Source: Coleofasciculus chthonoplastes F2-STO-03 (lineage in GTDB: Bacteria; Cyanobacteriota; Cyanobacteriia; Cyanobacteriales; Coleofasciculaceae). Taken from it: DNA of 26,820 nt. Shown one piece after another: positions 26,562 through 26,820 of this stretch (position 1 is its first letter; the number at the start of each line of letters is the position of its first letter). The position numbers were made by a program, and so were the translations under genes. Location of the stretch: assembly GCA_040222015.1 (NCBI GenBank), contig JAVJWO010000044.1:1-26820 (forward strand), given 5' to 3'. The notes beneath the pieces are model-generated. The model was not told the DNA's origin and made no database searches. It worked only from the letters and a program-made list of their open reading frames with translations.

Positions 26562-26820
26562 CAGGGGGTTTTCAAAGTCCGGGGGAATCTTTAAAAGAAA
26601 AGTGAACTTTTTCCGGTAAAATTAAGAAAAGCTCACTTTTTTCAATTTCAAAAAAATCATGCTTGCTAGGATAATTGAAAAATTCAAAAAAGTCAAGGAT
26701 TTTCGCAACAAGCGAGGCAAACGGCACGAATTATGGGTAGTTTTATCTATTATTTTTTTGGGTCTGATGACGGGAAATGTCAATTATAAGCAGATTGCAA
26801 GATTTAGCCATGACCAAAAA
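26562..26820 (+). mobile_element. 5' end of an ISAs1-family insertion sequence
   Basis: CAGGG at 26562 is an ISAs1-type terminus and lies upstream of the transposase ORF. The other end is outside the window. Confidence 0.6.
26659..26820 (+). CDS. ISAs1-family transposase, N-terminal part (not in the ORF track, open at the window edge)
   Basis: Manual translation MLARIIEKFKKVKDFRNKRGKRHELWVVLSIIFLGLMTGNVNYKQIARFSHDQK fits the DDE_Tnp_1_assoc pattern V.D.R...G.RH.L..VL. Confidence 0.82.
   Translation, partial: MLARIIEKFKKVKDFRNKRGKRHELWVVLSIIFLGLMTGNVNYKQIARFSHDQK

Overview
This is a cyanobacterial chromosomal window. It has at least 11 HIP1 octamers (GCGATCGC), heptamer tandem repeats (STRRs) and GTAG REP-like palindromes, consistent with a filamentous Oscillatoriales/Coleofasciculus-like genome; the taxon is an inference. 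Core genes are an MscS channel, DUF2973, DUF2605, thrS, panD, uvrB, sodC and a DUF318/TIGR03943 permease pair. Mobile and accessory DNA includes a truncated, RuvC-mutated IS200/IS605 tnpB, a ~135-bp miniature element of the same IS family, a decayed RAYT transposase, the start of an ISAs1, a PIN/VapC toxin-antitoxin pair, several pseudogenes and nested miniature inverted-repeat elements. The best candidate for an uncharacterised system is the translationally coupled pair directly after thrS (5683-8741): a small HEPN-like protein and an 883-aa protein with two NTPase modules (ParA/MinD-type KGGVGR and STAND-like P-loop). It looks like an anti-phage or conflict module. A second oddity is a signalling cluster (8808-13382) with an HD-domain protein, an apparent pseudokinase, an Hpt-like protein lacking the canonical histidine, and an intact CheY/PilH receiver. 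All family calls come from motif recognition by eye; no database searches were run.
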